DNA of 30,887 nucleotides from Candidatus Thorarchaeota archaeon (GCA_011364905.1 RDNZ01000033.1:1-30887); one strand, 5' to 3'; numbered from the stretch's first letter, positions 8,563 through 16,978 are shown. A program made the numbers and translations. Notes: a model not told the origin generated them from the sequence alone.

Positions 8563-9213
8563 GTGAAAAAATTGCCAGACGAGATTTTGGATTATTGGAT
8601 GATGGTTTCGAAAGACCTTGCTGTCAGATTCAACATTGAGCTTTTCGACACAAGCTCTGCCATGTGGAGTTGGGACAACTTCTCTAAGGATATTCAGTCT
8701 CTGAGAGGCCGGCTAGGAATAGGGAAAACCCATGTCGAGGTTCTTGGGATGAAACTTGATTTTGAAACTGGTGAGGCTTACGATATTCTTTTGGATAAAC
8801 CAGTGCACAATAGTCGTCTGATACCATACTTGTTCTATTATAGCAAGGCAAAGGACAAGGGGATAGGCGGAGAGTGGATCAAGTTCAACTCCCTTCGCGG
8901 GTCTTGGGCATGTAGATATTCATTTGATGAAGAGGATGTGAGCAAACTAATCTCGGTCTTCAACGAGAAACGCGATGGAATGTTCGCAGCCATCGAGAAG
9001 TTGGGTGGAACGCGAGTTGACTTTGGAAACGCCGCATTTGAAGTATCATTTCTTCCAAATGTAAAGGTGCTCTTGATATTCGAGGAGGCTGATGAGGAAT
9101 TTCCAGCGGATGCTAGGTTACTTTATGACTCAAACTCCATCTTCTACCTGCCTCACGAATATCTGGGGACTATAAGTTGGTTTCTCGCAGAACGGGTTAT
9201 GAAGACGACCTGA
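8563..9213 (+). CDS. DUF3786 family protein
   Basis: GEWIKFNSLRG, FLPNVKVLLIFEEADEEFPADARLLYDSN...YLPHE; 3 nt downstream of the DUF166 stop. Confidence 0.78.
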   Translation: MKKLPDEILDYWMMVSKDLAVRFNIELFDTSSAMWSWDNFSKDIQSLRGRLGIGKTHVEVLGMKLDFETGEAYDILLDKPVHNSRLIPYLFYYSKAKDKGIGGEWIKFNSLRGSWACRYSFDEEDVSKLISVFNEKRDGMFAAIEKLGGTRVDFGNAAFEVSFLPNVKVLLIFEEADEEFPADARLLYDSNSIFYLPHEYLGTISWFLAERVMKTT

Positions 9214-9406
9214 GAAGTTGCAAAAAGTGCAATTTGCATTGTTAGTCCTTTCGAAAACGAAAAACGAGGTGTCGTTGGGCCCTAGTGCTTTTAAGGCAGA
9301 TGTTTTCCAGTAGGAACCGCAATCTACGCCAGAGTCGTGCTGTGTCAGACATTCCTCAGACACGTCAAATCTGGTGAAGGTGAAAATCACAAAGGTGAGG
9401 AACAAA

Positions 9407-10465
9407 GTGACTGAAAAAGTTTTGAAGACCGTTTGTGCTGGAGTAGGTTTTGTCGGTGGTGCAGCTCACGTTCCATCATTCCGTAAGGTACCCAACTCTC
9501 AATTATATGGTCTGTTGGCCAGGAAGGGTAGGGACAGTGAGAAATATGCTCTGAAATTAAAGGAAAAGATGGCGAGAAAAGACAATTTCGATCTCAAAAT
9601 CTACTATGATTGGAGTGAAGTATGCAAAGACCCTGAAGTTGATGCAGTATGTGTAGCTACACCTACACCGTTTCACTATCCAATGGGCAAAGAAGCCCTT
9701 GAGGGTGGCAAGCATGTCTACTTGGAGATGCCAATAGCTCCAAAACTCAAGGATGCTGAGGAACTAGGAGAAATTGCAAAGAAGAAGGGAGTGGTACTCA
9801 TGCCTATCCTGAACTTCAGGCGTTGTCCAGGTTACCTAAAGGCTAAGGAGCTCGTTGATAGTGGGGCGATTGGAAAACCGATTGCAATAACATTTAGAGA
9901 GTTTATTGCTGCGGAGGATCTAGCATCTCAGTGGCCTTTGAGTGGATGGGCTTGGAATATTGAGAAAGCTGGAGGGTATCCAGACTATACGTTATCTGTA
10001 TGGAGTCTTGATATGCTTCAATGGTTCTTTGATAGTCCTCTTGAAAATGTTGAGTGGACTGCAAACTATATGCCAATTGAGGGCATTGATGATTTCAAAG
10101 GCTACCAAACTGTAGGCATAATGAAGTTCGCAAATGGCTTAGTTGGTACAACAATGCTTGGCTCATCTGTAGCAAAGGGTTTGGATCTAAGTAGGTTTGA
10201 GATTTTTGGAAACAATGGCAAAACCATTCTTGTCGATTGGATTCCAAGCAAGAACCGTGAGGTCTTTGATGTGACTCTGTTTGGGAAGGATGGCGATGAT
10301 AAGAATTGGCAAGTTGAGGGACCCGGCCCCAAGATTTGGGGACACAAACAGATGATCGCCCACTTCGTTCAAGCATGTCTCGGAAATGAGAAACCCATCT
10401 GTGACTACAAATCTGCAATTGCAGCACAGAAGTGGTCAGACAAGATTGTAACCGATCTTATGTAA
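9407..10465 (+). CDS. Gfo/Idh/MocA family NAD(P)-dependent oxidoreductase
   Basis: GVGFVGGAAH Rossmann start, DAVCVATPTPFH, GKHVYLEMP, LNFRR. Start GTG 9407 follows a GGTGAGG SD. Confidence 0.85.
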   Translation: MTEKVLKTVCAGVGFVGGAAHVPSFRKVPNSQLYGLLARKGRDSEKYALKLKEKMARKDNFDLKIYYDWSEVCKDPEVDAVCVATPTPFHYPMGKEALEGGKHVYLEMPIAPKLKDAEELGEIAKKKGVVLMPILNFRRCPGYLKAKELVDSGAIGKPIAITFREFIAAEDLASQWPLSGWAWNIEKAGGYPDYTLSVWSLDMLQWFFDSPLENVEWTANYMPIEGIDDFKGYQTVGIMKFANGLVGTTMLGSSVAKGLDLSRFEIFGNNGKTILVDWIPSKNREVFDVTLFGKDGDDKNWQVEGPGPKIWGHKQMIAHFVQACLGNEKPICDYKSAIAAQKWSDKIVTDLM

Positions 10466-10482
10466 GAGATACATTGAAAGTG

Positions 10483-10513
10483 AAAGGGGGTTCTCCCCCT
10501 TTACCTCTTTTTT
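10483..10513 (+). terminator. Hairpin plus T-rich tract, probable terminator between convergent genes
   Basis: AAAGGGGG-TTCT-CCCCCTTT (8-bp stem, 10483-10502) followed by ACCTCTTTTTT. Confidence 0.55.
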
Positions 10514-10576
10514 CATCATTTACCGGTCTACGTTCTAGATGTAGATTTGCTGCTGCGATAATCATTGTTGGCGACT

Positions 10577-11017
10577 TCAATGATTGTGTCCATGTCCTGC
10601 ATCTTCATCCTCAGGCAAGAAGAATGTGAAGAGCTTGACATATTCTATTCCTTTCAGTCCGGACACTGTATTAGCGAATGCTTCAATCGACTTTCGGTTG
10701 CCCTTCAATGTGATCACTTCTAGGCAACGGTCATGTGTGGCATGAATGTGCACAGTAGAAACAACTTGAGCATGTTCTTCATGTTGAATTCTCATTAGGT
10801 CGGTCATTAACTTAGCCTTATGCTGGTAGACAATGTTCAAACTGGCCATTGTATTCCCATAATCCGCTTCAGATTCCCATTCAGCCTGCGAGAGGTACTC
10901 CCTCATGGCATCGCGGATTGCCTCGGATCTCCCTACGTATTTCCTCTTCTCTACTAATTTATCGAACTTCTCGAGTAGATCCTCAGGAACTGATACTCCG
11001 AATCTTTTGAGAGTCAT
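10577..11017 (-). CDS. nikR: Nickel-responsive transcriptional regulator NikR
   Basis: Ribbon-helix-helix start KRFGVSVPEDLL...RSEAIRDA; Ni site QH...HIH...CLE; His-rich tail GHGHNH. Start ATG 11017 with a GGTGA SD. Confidence 0.93.
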   Translation of the reverse strand: MTLKRFGVSVPEDLLEKFDKLVEKRKYVGRSEAIRDAMREYLSQAEWESEADYGNTMASLNIVYQHKAKLMTDLMRIQHEEHAQVVSTVHIHATHDRCLEVITLKGNRKSIEAFANTVSGLKGIEYVKLFTFFLPEDEDAGHGHNH

Positions 11018-11035
11018 GACACACATCACCATTAA

Positions 11036-11064
11036 TAGTAACACGATTATACTAAAAGTAACAC
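11036..11064. promoter_or_regulatory. Candidate NikR operator in the nikR / nikMNQ divergent promoter
   Basis: AGTAACAC direct repeat (11037-11044 and 11057-11064, 20-bp period) and TAGTA-N9-TACTA inverted repeat (11036-11054). Confidence 0.4.
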
Positions 11065-11113
11065 ACTTAAATGAATCTGAACAAAGTATGCTGTCGAACA
11101 GGAAGTAAGGAGT

Positions 11114-12880
11114 ATGCATGTCCCCGATGGAATAGTACCATTTTGGCTTCAGATCATGCTAATGGTAGTTAGTTCCTTGATGATGGTGACAGCGTATAGA
11201 AAGATCAAGAAGCGATTTGATGAGCGCTTGGTACCCTACATGGGTGTTTTGGCTGCAGTCATTTTCGCAGCCCAACTTGTGAACTTTCCTGTTCCTCCCT
11301 TCTCAAGTGGACACTTGGTAGGAGCTACTCTCCTAGCAGTGATGCTTGAGCCCTGGCCTGCAATGATGATAATGGCCCTTGTTCTGTTTGTCCAATCACT
11401 CTACGGCGATGGAGGGATTCTCACTTATGGGCTCAATCTCTTCAATATGGGAATATTCTCTGTATTCTTCGGATATGGAGTCGCTCTTCTCCTATTCAAG
11501 ACAACAAAACGCTTCATGACAAAAGAGAAATCGACATTGTTTTCCGCTGCGATAGCTTCTTTCATTGCTACAGTAACCGCTGCGTTTGTTCTAGGCCTTG
11601 AACTTTTCACTGTGCCTGGATTTAGCACACAGGCACTCCTGGCGATTACAGGAGTTCATGTTATCATCGGCTTCGGAGAAGCAATATTGACTACGATCAT
11701 TCTCCTTTATTTTATTAAAGCAAGTCCTCAGCTGGTTTCCTTTCTCCGCGACACAGATGAAGTCAGACATGAAACCGAAGACGAAACTGACGAAGTTTCC
11801 ACGAACCAGCGACAGTTGATAAAAGAGACTATTCCCATAGTTGTTGCGTCAATCATCATAACTGCTACAGTTGTTCTCTTTGGGCTTGCTTCAAGGAATC
11901 CTGATGGATTTGAATGGGCGCTTTTTGTTTTCGCTGGAATTGCAGAGCCTGAAAATGGATTCGAAGGCATTTTTGCTTCTCTGGGTCAAGGTCAGTTCCT
12001 GAATATCTTTTTGGGATCAATAGGAATTCTCATTGCTCTTGCTCTTGGAATTATGGTCTTTAGAAAAGCAACGCGAGACCACAGCCATAAACACACGGAC
12101 AAGTTCCTCTTGCCCTTCGGTGAAGGCAAGGGTTCTGGAAGCATCTTCTCATCAACAGGTATGCTGCTCTCTGCGGTTGCTCTTGCAGTGATAATAACAC
12201 TCCAGAATCAATTATCCGTTGTTCTCACGATTATTGGTGTTGTCCTAGTGGGTGGATGGTTTTCAGGAACTCGCTGGCGAAGAGTAATCGCCCTCGCAGC
12301 GAAGTTTGAGGTGTTAATTCTTTTCTGGATTTTCTTTGAACCATTCGTCTTTGGAAGTACCGTCGTACTAACAATATTCACACCTTGGGGACCTCTCAAT
12401 GTCTACTCAGAGGGCATATACCTTGGACTGCTTCTTGGTTCAAGGATGTTCGCTATCCTTCTTACGTTCCTCGCAACGCTATCACAGATGCATCTCTCGG
12501 AGTTCATTGGAGCGCTCCGGACACTAAGAATCCCCGCAACAATTCTTGGGTCTTTGCTCATCATGTTCAGGTATGTGCCTCTCTTCATGGAGGAACGCTC
12601 TAGAATGCATGATGCTCAGCTTCTACGAGGGTATAGCAATGGGAGACGATTTGAGAGAATCAGATCCATGGGGTACTTGGTCGGAACATCAATCGACCGA
12701 TCTTTTGATCGGAGTTCAACCGTCTATGAAGCCATGAGTCTTCGAGGGTTTGGAAAAGGAACATTGGTTTCTGGACGGGGTTTCAAGCGGTTTGATTTGC
12801 TTCTTCCGTTGATACTGCTTACCTTTGTTGCAATTCTTCCCTCTCTAGTTTCGTTTCTAATGGAGGTCTTAACACTATGA
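11114..12880 (+). CDS. ECF-type Ni/Co transporter: fused NikM/CbiM (S) + PDGLE/NikN + NikQ/CbiQ (T) components
   Basis: N-terminal MHVPDG, AQLVNFP, SGHLVG, GDGG and GEA (CbiM); ASRNPDGFEW (PDGLE domain); C-terminal FRYVPLFMEE...AQLLRG...AMSLRGF (T-component Arg motifs). One uninterrupted 588-aa frame. Confidence 0.88.
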   Translation: MHVPDGIVPFWLQIMLMVVSSLMMVTAYRKIKKRFDERLVPYMGVLAAVIFAAQLVNFPVPPFSSGHLVGATLLAVMLEPWPAMMIMALVLFVQSLYGDGGILTYGLNLFNMGIFSVFFGYGVALLLFKTTKRFMTKEKSTLFSAAIASFIATVTAAFVLGLELFTVPGFSTQALLAITGVHVIIGFGEAILTTIILLYFIKASPQLVSFLRDTDEVRHETEDETDEVSTNQRQLIKETIPIVVASIIITATVVLFGLASRNPDGFEWALFVFAGIAEPENGFEGIFASLGQGQFLNIFLGSIGILIALALGIMVFRKATRDHSHKHTDKFLLPFGEGKGSGSIFSSTGMLLSAVALAVIITLQNQLSVVLTIIGVVLVGGWFSGTRWRRVIALAAKFEVLILFWIFFEPFVFGSTVVLTIFTPWGPLNVYSEGIYLGLLLGSRMFAILLTFLATLSQMHLSEFIGALRTLRIPATILGSLLIMFRYVPLFMEERSRMHDAQLLRGYSNGRRFERIRSMGYLVGTSIDRSFDRSSTVYEAMSLRGFGKGTLVSGRGFKRFDLLLPLILLTFVAILPSLVSFLMEVLTL

Positions 12881-13635
12881 CCTGCGCAATTGATGTAAAT
12901 CATGTGTTTTTCAGATATGATGAGTTCAGGATGGAGGATATCACACTCCAGCTTCACGTGGGCCAGCAGAAAGCACTCGCTGGTTTAAATGGTTCCGGCA
13001 AGACAACCTTGTTCAAGTTACTTCTAGGCCTTCTTGAGCCAGAATCTGGAGAGATCTTCATTCTTGACAAGAAACTTACCAAGGACTCGCTTTGGGAGAT
13101 TAGGCAAGATGTTGGATTTCTCTTCCAGAATCCTGATGACCAACTCTTCGCACCTACTGTCTGGGAGGATGTCGCCTTTGGGCCTCGAAATCTCGGTCTG
13201 CCAAAAGAAGATATTGAAGATAGAGTTGAGTGGGCTCTCGATAGGGTTGGCATGTCCAGATTCTTGAACAGACCAGTGAATCAGCTGAGTCATGGTGAAG
13301 CCAAACGAGTTGCACTTGCAGGTATCATCGCGATGAGACCCAGCATACTGATTCTCGATGAGCCATTTTCAGGACTAGACTTCAAGATGGTCAAGAAAAT
13401 GATTAGTATCTTCCAGAAGTTGAGACAAGAGGGTGCTAGCATACTCTTCACTACTCACAATAGTTTCTTCATTAAAAACTGGTCTGACTCAGTCGCTGTG
13501 ATAAAAGAGGGTCGGATTGTGTATGATGGTCCTACTACTGAAGCCATGAGAAGCCGTGCCGTCACCGAGAACGTTGGTGATTGGGGACAGCTTCAGAAAG
13601 AGATGTTGTATAGCAGAAGGACACTTCTTGAATGA
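12877..13635 (+). CDS. ECF transporter ATPase (NikO/CbiO)
   Basis: GLNGSGKT, FQNPDDQLFAPTV, LSHGE, ILDEP, TH; ATGA overlap with the upstream gene. Confidence 0.92.
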   Translation: MTCAIDVNHVFFRYDEFRMEDITLQLHVGQQKALAGLNGSGKTTLFKLLLGLLEPESGEIFILDKKLTKDSLWEIRQDVGFLFQNPDDQLFAPTVWEDVAFGPRNLGLPKEDIEDRVEWALDRVGMSRFLNRPVNQLSHGEAKRVALAGIIAMRPSILILDEPFSGLDFKMVKKMISIFQKLRQEGASILFTTHNSFFIKNWSDSVAVIKEGRIVYDGPTTEAMRSRAVTENVGDWGQLQKEMLYSRRTLLE

Positions 13636-13680
13636 GTTCGATACGGTTAAAAGGCACTTCCTAAGAATCCCTTTTTCAAA

Positions 13681-13768
13681 GCGGAGGTTGCCAAGCCAGG
13701 TTAAAGGCGCAGGGTTCAGATCCCTGTCTCGTAGGAGTTCGCGAGTTCAAATCTCGCCCTCCGCACCA
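13681..13768 (+). tRNA. tRNA-Leu (anticodon CAG), intronless, CCA encoded
   Basis: Acceptor stem GCGGAGG/CCTCCGC plus ACCA; D arm GCC..GGC; anticodon stem CAGGG/CCCTG with loop TT-CAG-AT; long variable arm; T arm GCGAG-TTCAAAT-CTCGC; followed by a T run. Confidence 0.95.
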
Positions 13769-13804
13769 TTTTTTTCAACGAACTTGTCTGTTCTGGATTA
13801 TTCT

Positions 13805-14245
13805 TCAATCATCTTGAGGAAGTATAAACATTGTTTCTATTCTTTCCACTCCCTCAATCTTCTCGAGTTCTCCTGTTATGAACCGAGTCAGTTGTGAGAT
13901 GTCACGAACCCGAACCATGCAGATGAAGTTGGCGGGTCCAGAGGTTCTCAGAACACTAGAAATCTCCTCAAATCTTGATAATTTACTGTAAATCGTGTCT
14001 GATGCCGCTGGTCTGGAAGTTACCAACACTACAACTTGTACTTCGAAGCCAAGTTTCCTGTGGTCTAGGTCCAGAGTGTACCGCTTGATCACTCCAAGGT
14101 CAACCAAGCGCTCCATCCTGTTGCGAATTGAGCTTGGACTCATATCCACAACTGCGGCTATATCCCTTAGAGAGCTTCGTGCGTTTGCTGTGAGTATCTC
14201 AATAATTCTAAGGTCGTTTCCATCAATTTTCTCAGTGAATCCCAT
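13805..14245 (-). CDS. Lrp/AsnC family transcriptional regulator
   Basis: IDGNDLRIIEILTANARSSLRDIA HTH, GVIKRYT, RAM-domain SGPANF. Confidence 0.92.
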   Translation of the reverse strand: MGFTEKIDGNDLRIIEILTANARSSLRDIAAVVDMSPSSIRNRMERLVDLGVIKRYTLDLDHRKLGFEVQVVVLVTSRPAASDTIYSKLSRFEEISSVLRTSGPANFICMVRVRDISQLTRFITGELEKIEGVERIETMFILPQDD

Positions 14246-14273
14246 CTAGAACATCCCTGCTTAACAGAATGTT

Positions 14274-14672
14274 CTACGTCTTGACCCTAACGATTATCTT
14301 AGTGTCCATGACATTCCAGACTTCAACAGCCACATTCAGTTCAATCTTTGAGGCTACTTCTTCATCCGTTGGCTTTGGAACCTCATAGGTTTCGAATGTA
14401 TCGCTATCCATTAGACTGAGTGTTTCACCCAAATCAGCGATGACTGTAGCACTAGTTTTGTCAATGAGTGGGACATCCACCATCCGGTCTGCTGGCATTA
14501 TGACGTTTCGTTTCCGATTGTCAAAGAAGCCAACTGCAACTATGTTTGCTTTCGCAGCACCATGTTTTCCCGGTTTCGACTTTTCAACTGATACAACTCT
14601 ACACGGTTCTCCTTCTATCAAGAAGTACGTACCAGGCTTCAGGCTCTTTGCTTCTGCCTTCTTAATACTCAC
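14274..14672 (-). CDS. eif5A: Translation factor aIF5A (eIF5A)
   Basis: SKPGKHGAAK hypusination motif. Confidence 0.96.
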   Translation of the reverse strand: MSIKKAEAKSLKPGTYFLIEGEPCRVVSVEKSKPGKHGAAKANIVAVGFFDNRKRNVIMPADRMVDVPLIDKTSATVIADLGETLSLMDSDTFETYEVPKPTDEEVASKIELNVAVEVWNVMDTKIIVRVKT

Positions 14673-14807
14673 TATTAATCACCAACTTGTCATGCAGACC
14701 TGTGCTACTCCTCTCCTTTCGCTTCATCTATATATATTTGGGGGCGATTCAAATTTCTTTCACTTACAATAACTGTAAAAGGGACCAGATAAAGGCGAAG
14801 CCTGAGA

Positions 14808-15686
14808 GTGCCCAAAGTGATTGAAGAAAATCCTCAAGTTCTCACAGACAAACGGGCTGTAGGACTGGTCTGCAGACCTGACCGTCCAGAGATAGAGCCA
14901 ATCGCCAATCAAGTTGCCGAGTTTCTCATTTCACACGATCTAGAGGTTCAGGTTGACCCAGGCTCCTGCAATATTCTTCACACTCAGGTCGTGCCTACTC
15001 CTATTGAGGAGATGGATGCGGACTTCGTCGTAACCATTGGTGGCGATGGTACAATTCTCTATACGCTCTCTACCTTAAAGGACCGCCAAACCCCTCTCTT
15101 CTGCATAAATCGAGGCACAATTGGGTTCCTAACAGAAACAGACACCGAGTCTGCTGTTGAAGCTCTGGGGAGTGTTTTGGAGGGTGAGTGTGTCATTGAG
15201 TACAACGTAAACATAAGCTCTGGAGTGGGCGATACAGAATTTGCAGAAGCATTAAACGAAGTCTTTGTAGTTTCAAAAATCCCTGGCCGGCTACTCTCTT
15301 TTCAAGTGTTTCTCGATGGAGTCCTAGTTGACTCAGGTCGGGCTGATGGAGCCATGCTTGCTACTCCGGTTGGTTCTTCAGCCTATGCACTTGCTGCTGG
15401 TGGGTCCATTTTAGCACCAACTGTTAACGGTTTAATCTTCGTACCTGTCTGTCCGCCGAGGTTTGAACTAAAGTCAATAGTGATTCCCGACAGTTCCACT
15501 CTTGAGCTCGAGCTACTAAAGCCCAGTGTACCTGGACTGGCAATTGTTGACGGTCAGAAGCGATGGGAAGTCGACCCTCTTGAAACTGTGTGGATGAAGA
15601 AGTCTGAAACTACTACAAGATTCATACGCCTTTACGATAACTACTATGATCGGCTCAATTCGCGACTTGTTCCAAGAGTCCTTTAG
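14808..15686 (+). CDS. nadK: NAD(+)/NADH kinase
   Basis: GGDGTIL, GTIGFL, ALNE, ADG...TPVGSSAYALAAGG. Confidence 0.95.
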   Translation: MPKVIEENPQVLTDKRAVGLVCRPDRPEIEPIANQVAEFLISHDLEVQVDPGSCNILHTQVVPTPIEEMDADFVVTIGGDGTILYTLSTLKDRQTPLFCINRGTIGFLTETDTESAVEALGSVLEGECVIEYNVNISSGVGDTEFAEALNEVFVVSKIPGRLLSFQVFLDGVLVDSGRADGAMLATPVGSSAYALAAGGSILAPTVNGLIFVPVCPPRFELKSIVIPDSSTLELELLKPSVPGLAIVDGQKRWEVDPLETVWMKKSETTTRFIRLYDNYYDRLNSRLVPRVL

Positions 15687-15695
15687 GTGTCATAC

Positions 15696-16211
15696 ATGTC
15701 GCAGATCTATTATGTTGTTGATGCAGGTGTTTTGTTTTCACCATGGAAAATGGATATCAAGGATTCACTATTAGTGACGACAAGTAATATCATCAATGAG
15801 ATTCGCAACAAACCCAGCAAATCACGAACAGAAACCATGATGATCTTGGAGCGAATGTTGACCATAGATCCCGTTTCGGAATATATTACCCGTGCTAAAG
15901 ATGCAGCCATTCGTTCTGGTGATATCTCAGTGATTTCTGATAATGACATTGAATTGGTTGGCTTGGCACTAATGCTCGATGAAGAGGAAAAGATGGTCGT
16001 GCTTGTTTCTACAGATTTCGCTGTGTTGAACATCACTAGCCTCATGGGTCTCAAAATACTCGATCCTTCTAAGAAATTTGAGCAAGAAATTGTTTGGGGA
16101 ATGCGTTGTCCTGCCTGTCACCATCAAGAAAAGACGCTAAGGCGCGAAACTGAATGTCCTGTTTGCGGAACACAGATGCGAAGAACCCCGTTGAAAAAGC
16201 GCAGACTCTGA
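15696..16211 (+). CDS. nob1: Nob1-family PIN endonuclease with C-terminal zinc ribbon
   Basis: VVDAG, NEIR, SDNDIEL and STDFAVLN acidic PIN residues; CPAC...CPVCG zinc ribbon. Start ATG 15696 or GTG 15687. Confidence 0.87.
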   Translation: MSQIYYVVDAGVLFSPWKMDIKDSLLVTTSNIINEIRNKPSKSRTETMMILERMLTIDPVSEYITRAKDAAIRSGDISVISDNDIELVGLALMLDEEEKMVVLVSTDFAVLNITSLMGLKILDPSKKFEQEIVWGMRCPACHHQEKTLRRETECPVCGTQMRRTPLKKRRL

Positions 16212-16288
16212 GAATATTAGTAATACTTGGGTCTTACATCATGTAATATGGCAACTTTGTGAGGATATGCGTTGGAGAGTTGTCTTGA

Positions 16289-16558
16289 TTGACAGACAGA
16301 GCTGGACTTACAATACAACGGGACCTTGACGACATCAAGACCCAAGTCAAGAGAGAGCTGGACAGTATCCGTGATCTAATGGATTCAATCGAGTACCGAA
16401 CTCCTGCTCCACTTTGGAGCGCTCCCTTTCAGATTCATCGCTTGCGTAGGGCCATGAGAATCCACTATCTTGCCATGAAGATCAGGGATTCTACCCCTCA
16501 AAGCCCCAGCATGCGGAATCTCTCTTGGGACCTTAGGAGCGATCATGACCTGCCATGA
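16289..16558 (+). CDS. Small hypothetical protein (89 aa, N-terminal amphipathic helix)
   Basis: Fills the gap between nob1 and yjbQ, with its stop abutting the yjbQ stop; TTG start with GGAG upstream; no recognised family. Confidence 0.5.
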   Translation: MTDRAGLTIQRDLDDIKTQVKRELDSIRDLMDSIEYRTPAPLWSAPFQIHRLRRAMRIHYLAMKIRDSTPQSPSMRNLSWDLRSDHDLP

Positions 16559-16978
16559 TTACTCTCCAACAAGAACAACTTCTAAGGTTCTGCTTCGGGG
16601 CTTATTATCAAAGTCGACAAAGCAGATTTGCTGCCATGTTCCTAATGTGAGGCGCCCATTGACAAAAGGCACAATAAGACTTGGTCCAAGAATGGATGCT
16701 CTAATATGAGAGTGCCCATTACCGTCGTGCCATCTCAGATGATGATCATAAACAGCATCTATCGGTGCAATTCGTTCCATAGCAGCTGGAAAGTCGTGTA
16801 AAAGGCCATCTTCATATTCTATCGTAGTCACTGAGCCGGTCGAGCCTGTACAGAATACTGTGCAAATTCCAGTCTTAAGACCACTTCCATTCACTGTGTC
16901 TGCAACTGCGTGAGTGATATCAATCATGTCACAATCGCCGCGTGTATTGAATGATATACTGTTATGATGTGTACCCAT
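16559..16978 (-). CDS. yjbQ: YjbQ/UPF0047 family protein
   Basis: DIT, GSTGSVTTIEYE, NGHSHIRASILGPS, LGTWQQI.FVDFD..R.R. Confidence 0.92.
   Translation of the reverse strand: MGTHHNSISFNTRGDCDMIDITHAVADTVNGSGLKTGICTVFCTGSTGSVTTIEYEDGLLHDFPAAMERIAPIDAVYDHHLRWHDGNGHSHIRASILGPSLIVPFVNGRLTLGTWQQICFVDFDNKPRSRTLEVVLVGE

Noticed and set aside
11018-11119. Hydrophobic N-terminal extension of NikR in the ORF track
   Set aside because: It spans the divergent promoter; the RHH domain must start near the N-terminus, and an SD precedes ATG 11017.
13681-13768. Reading the tRNA as tRNA-Sec (TCA within the loop)
   Set aside because: Only the CAGGG/CCCTG register pairs, which centres CAG. The 7-bp acceptor stem, 5-bp T stem and A discriminator fit tRNA-Leu.
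13556-13897. 113-aa ORF
   Set aside because: It runs through the tRNA gene and overlaps two real CDSs.
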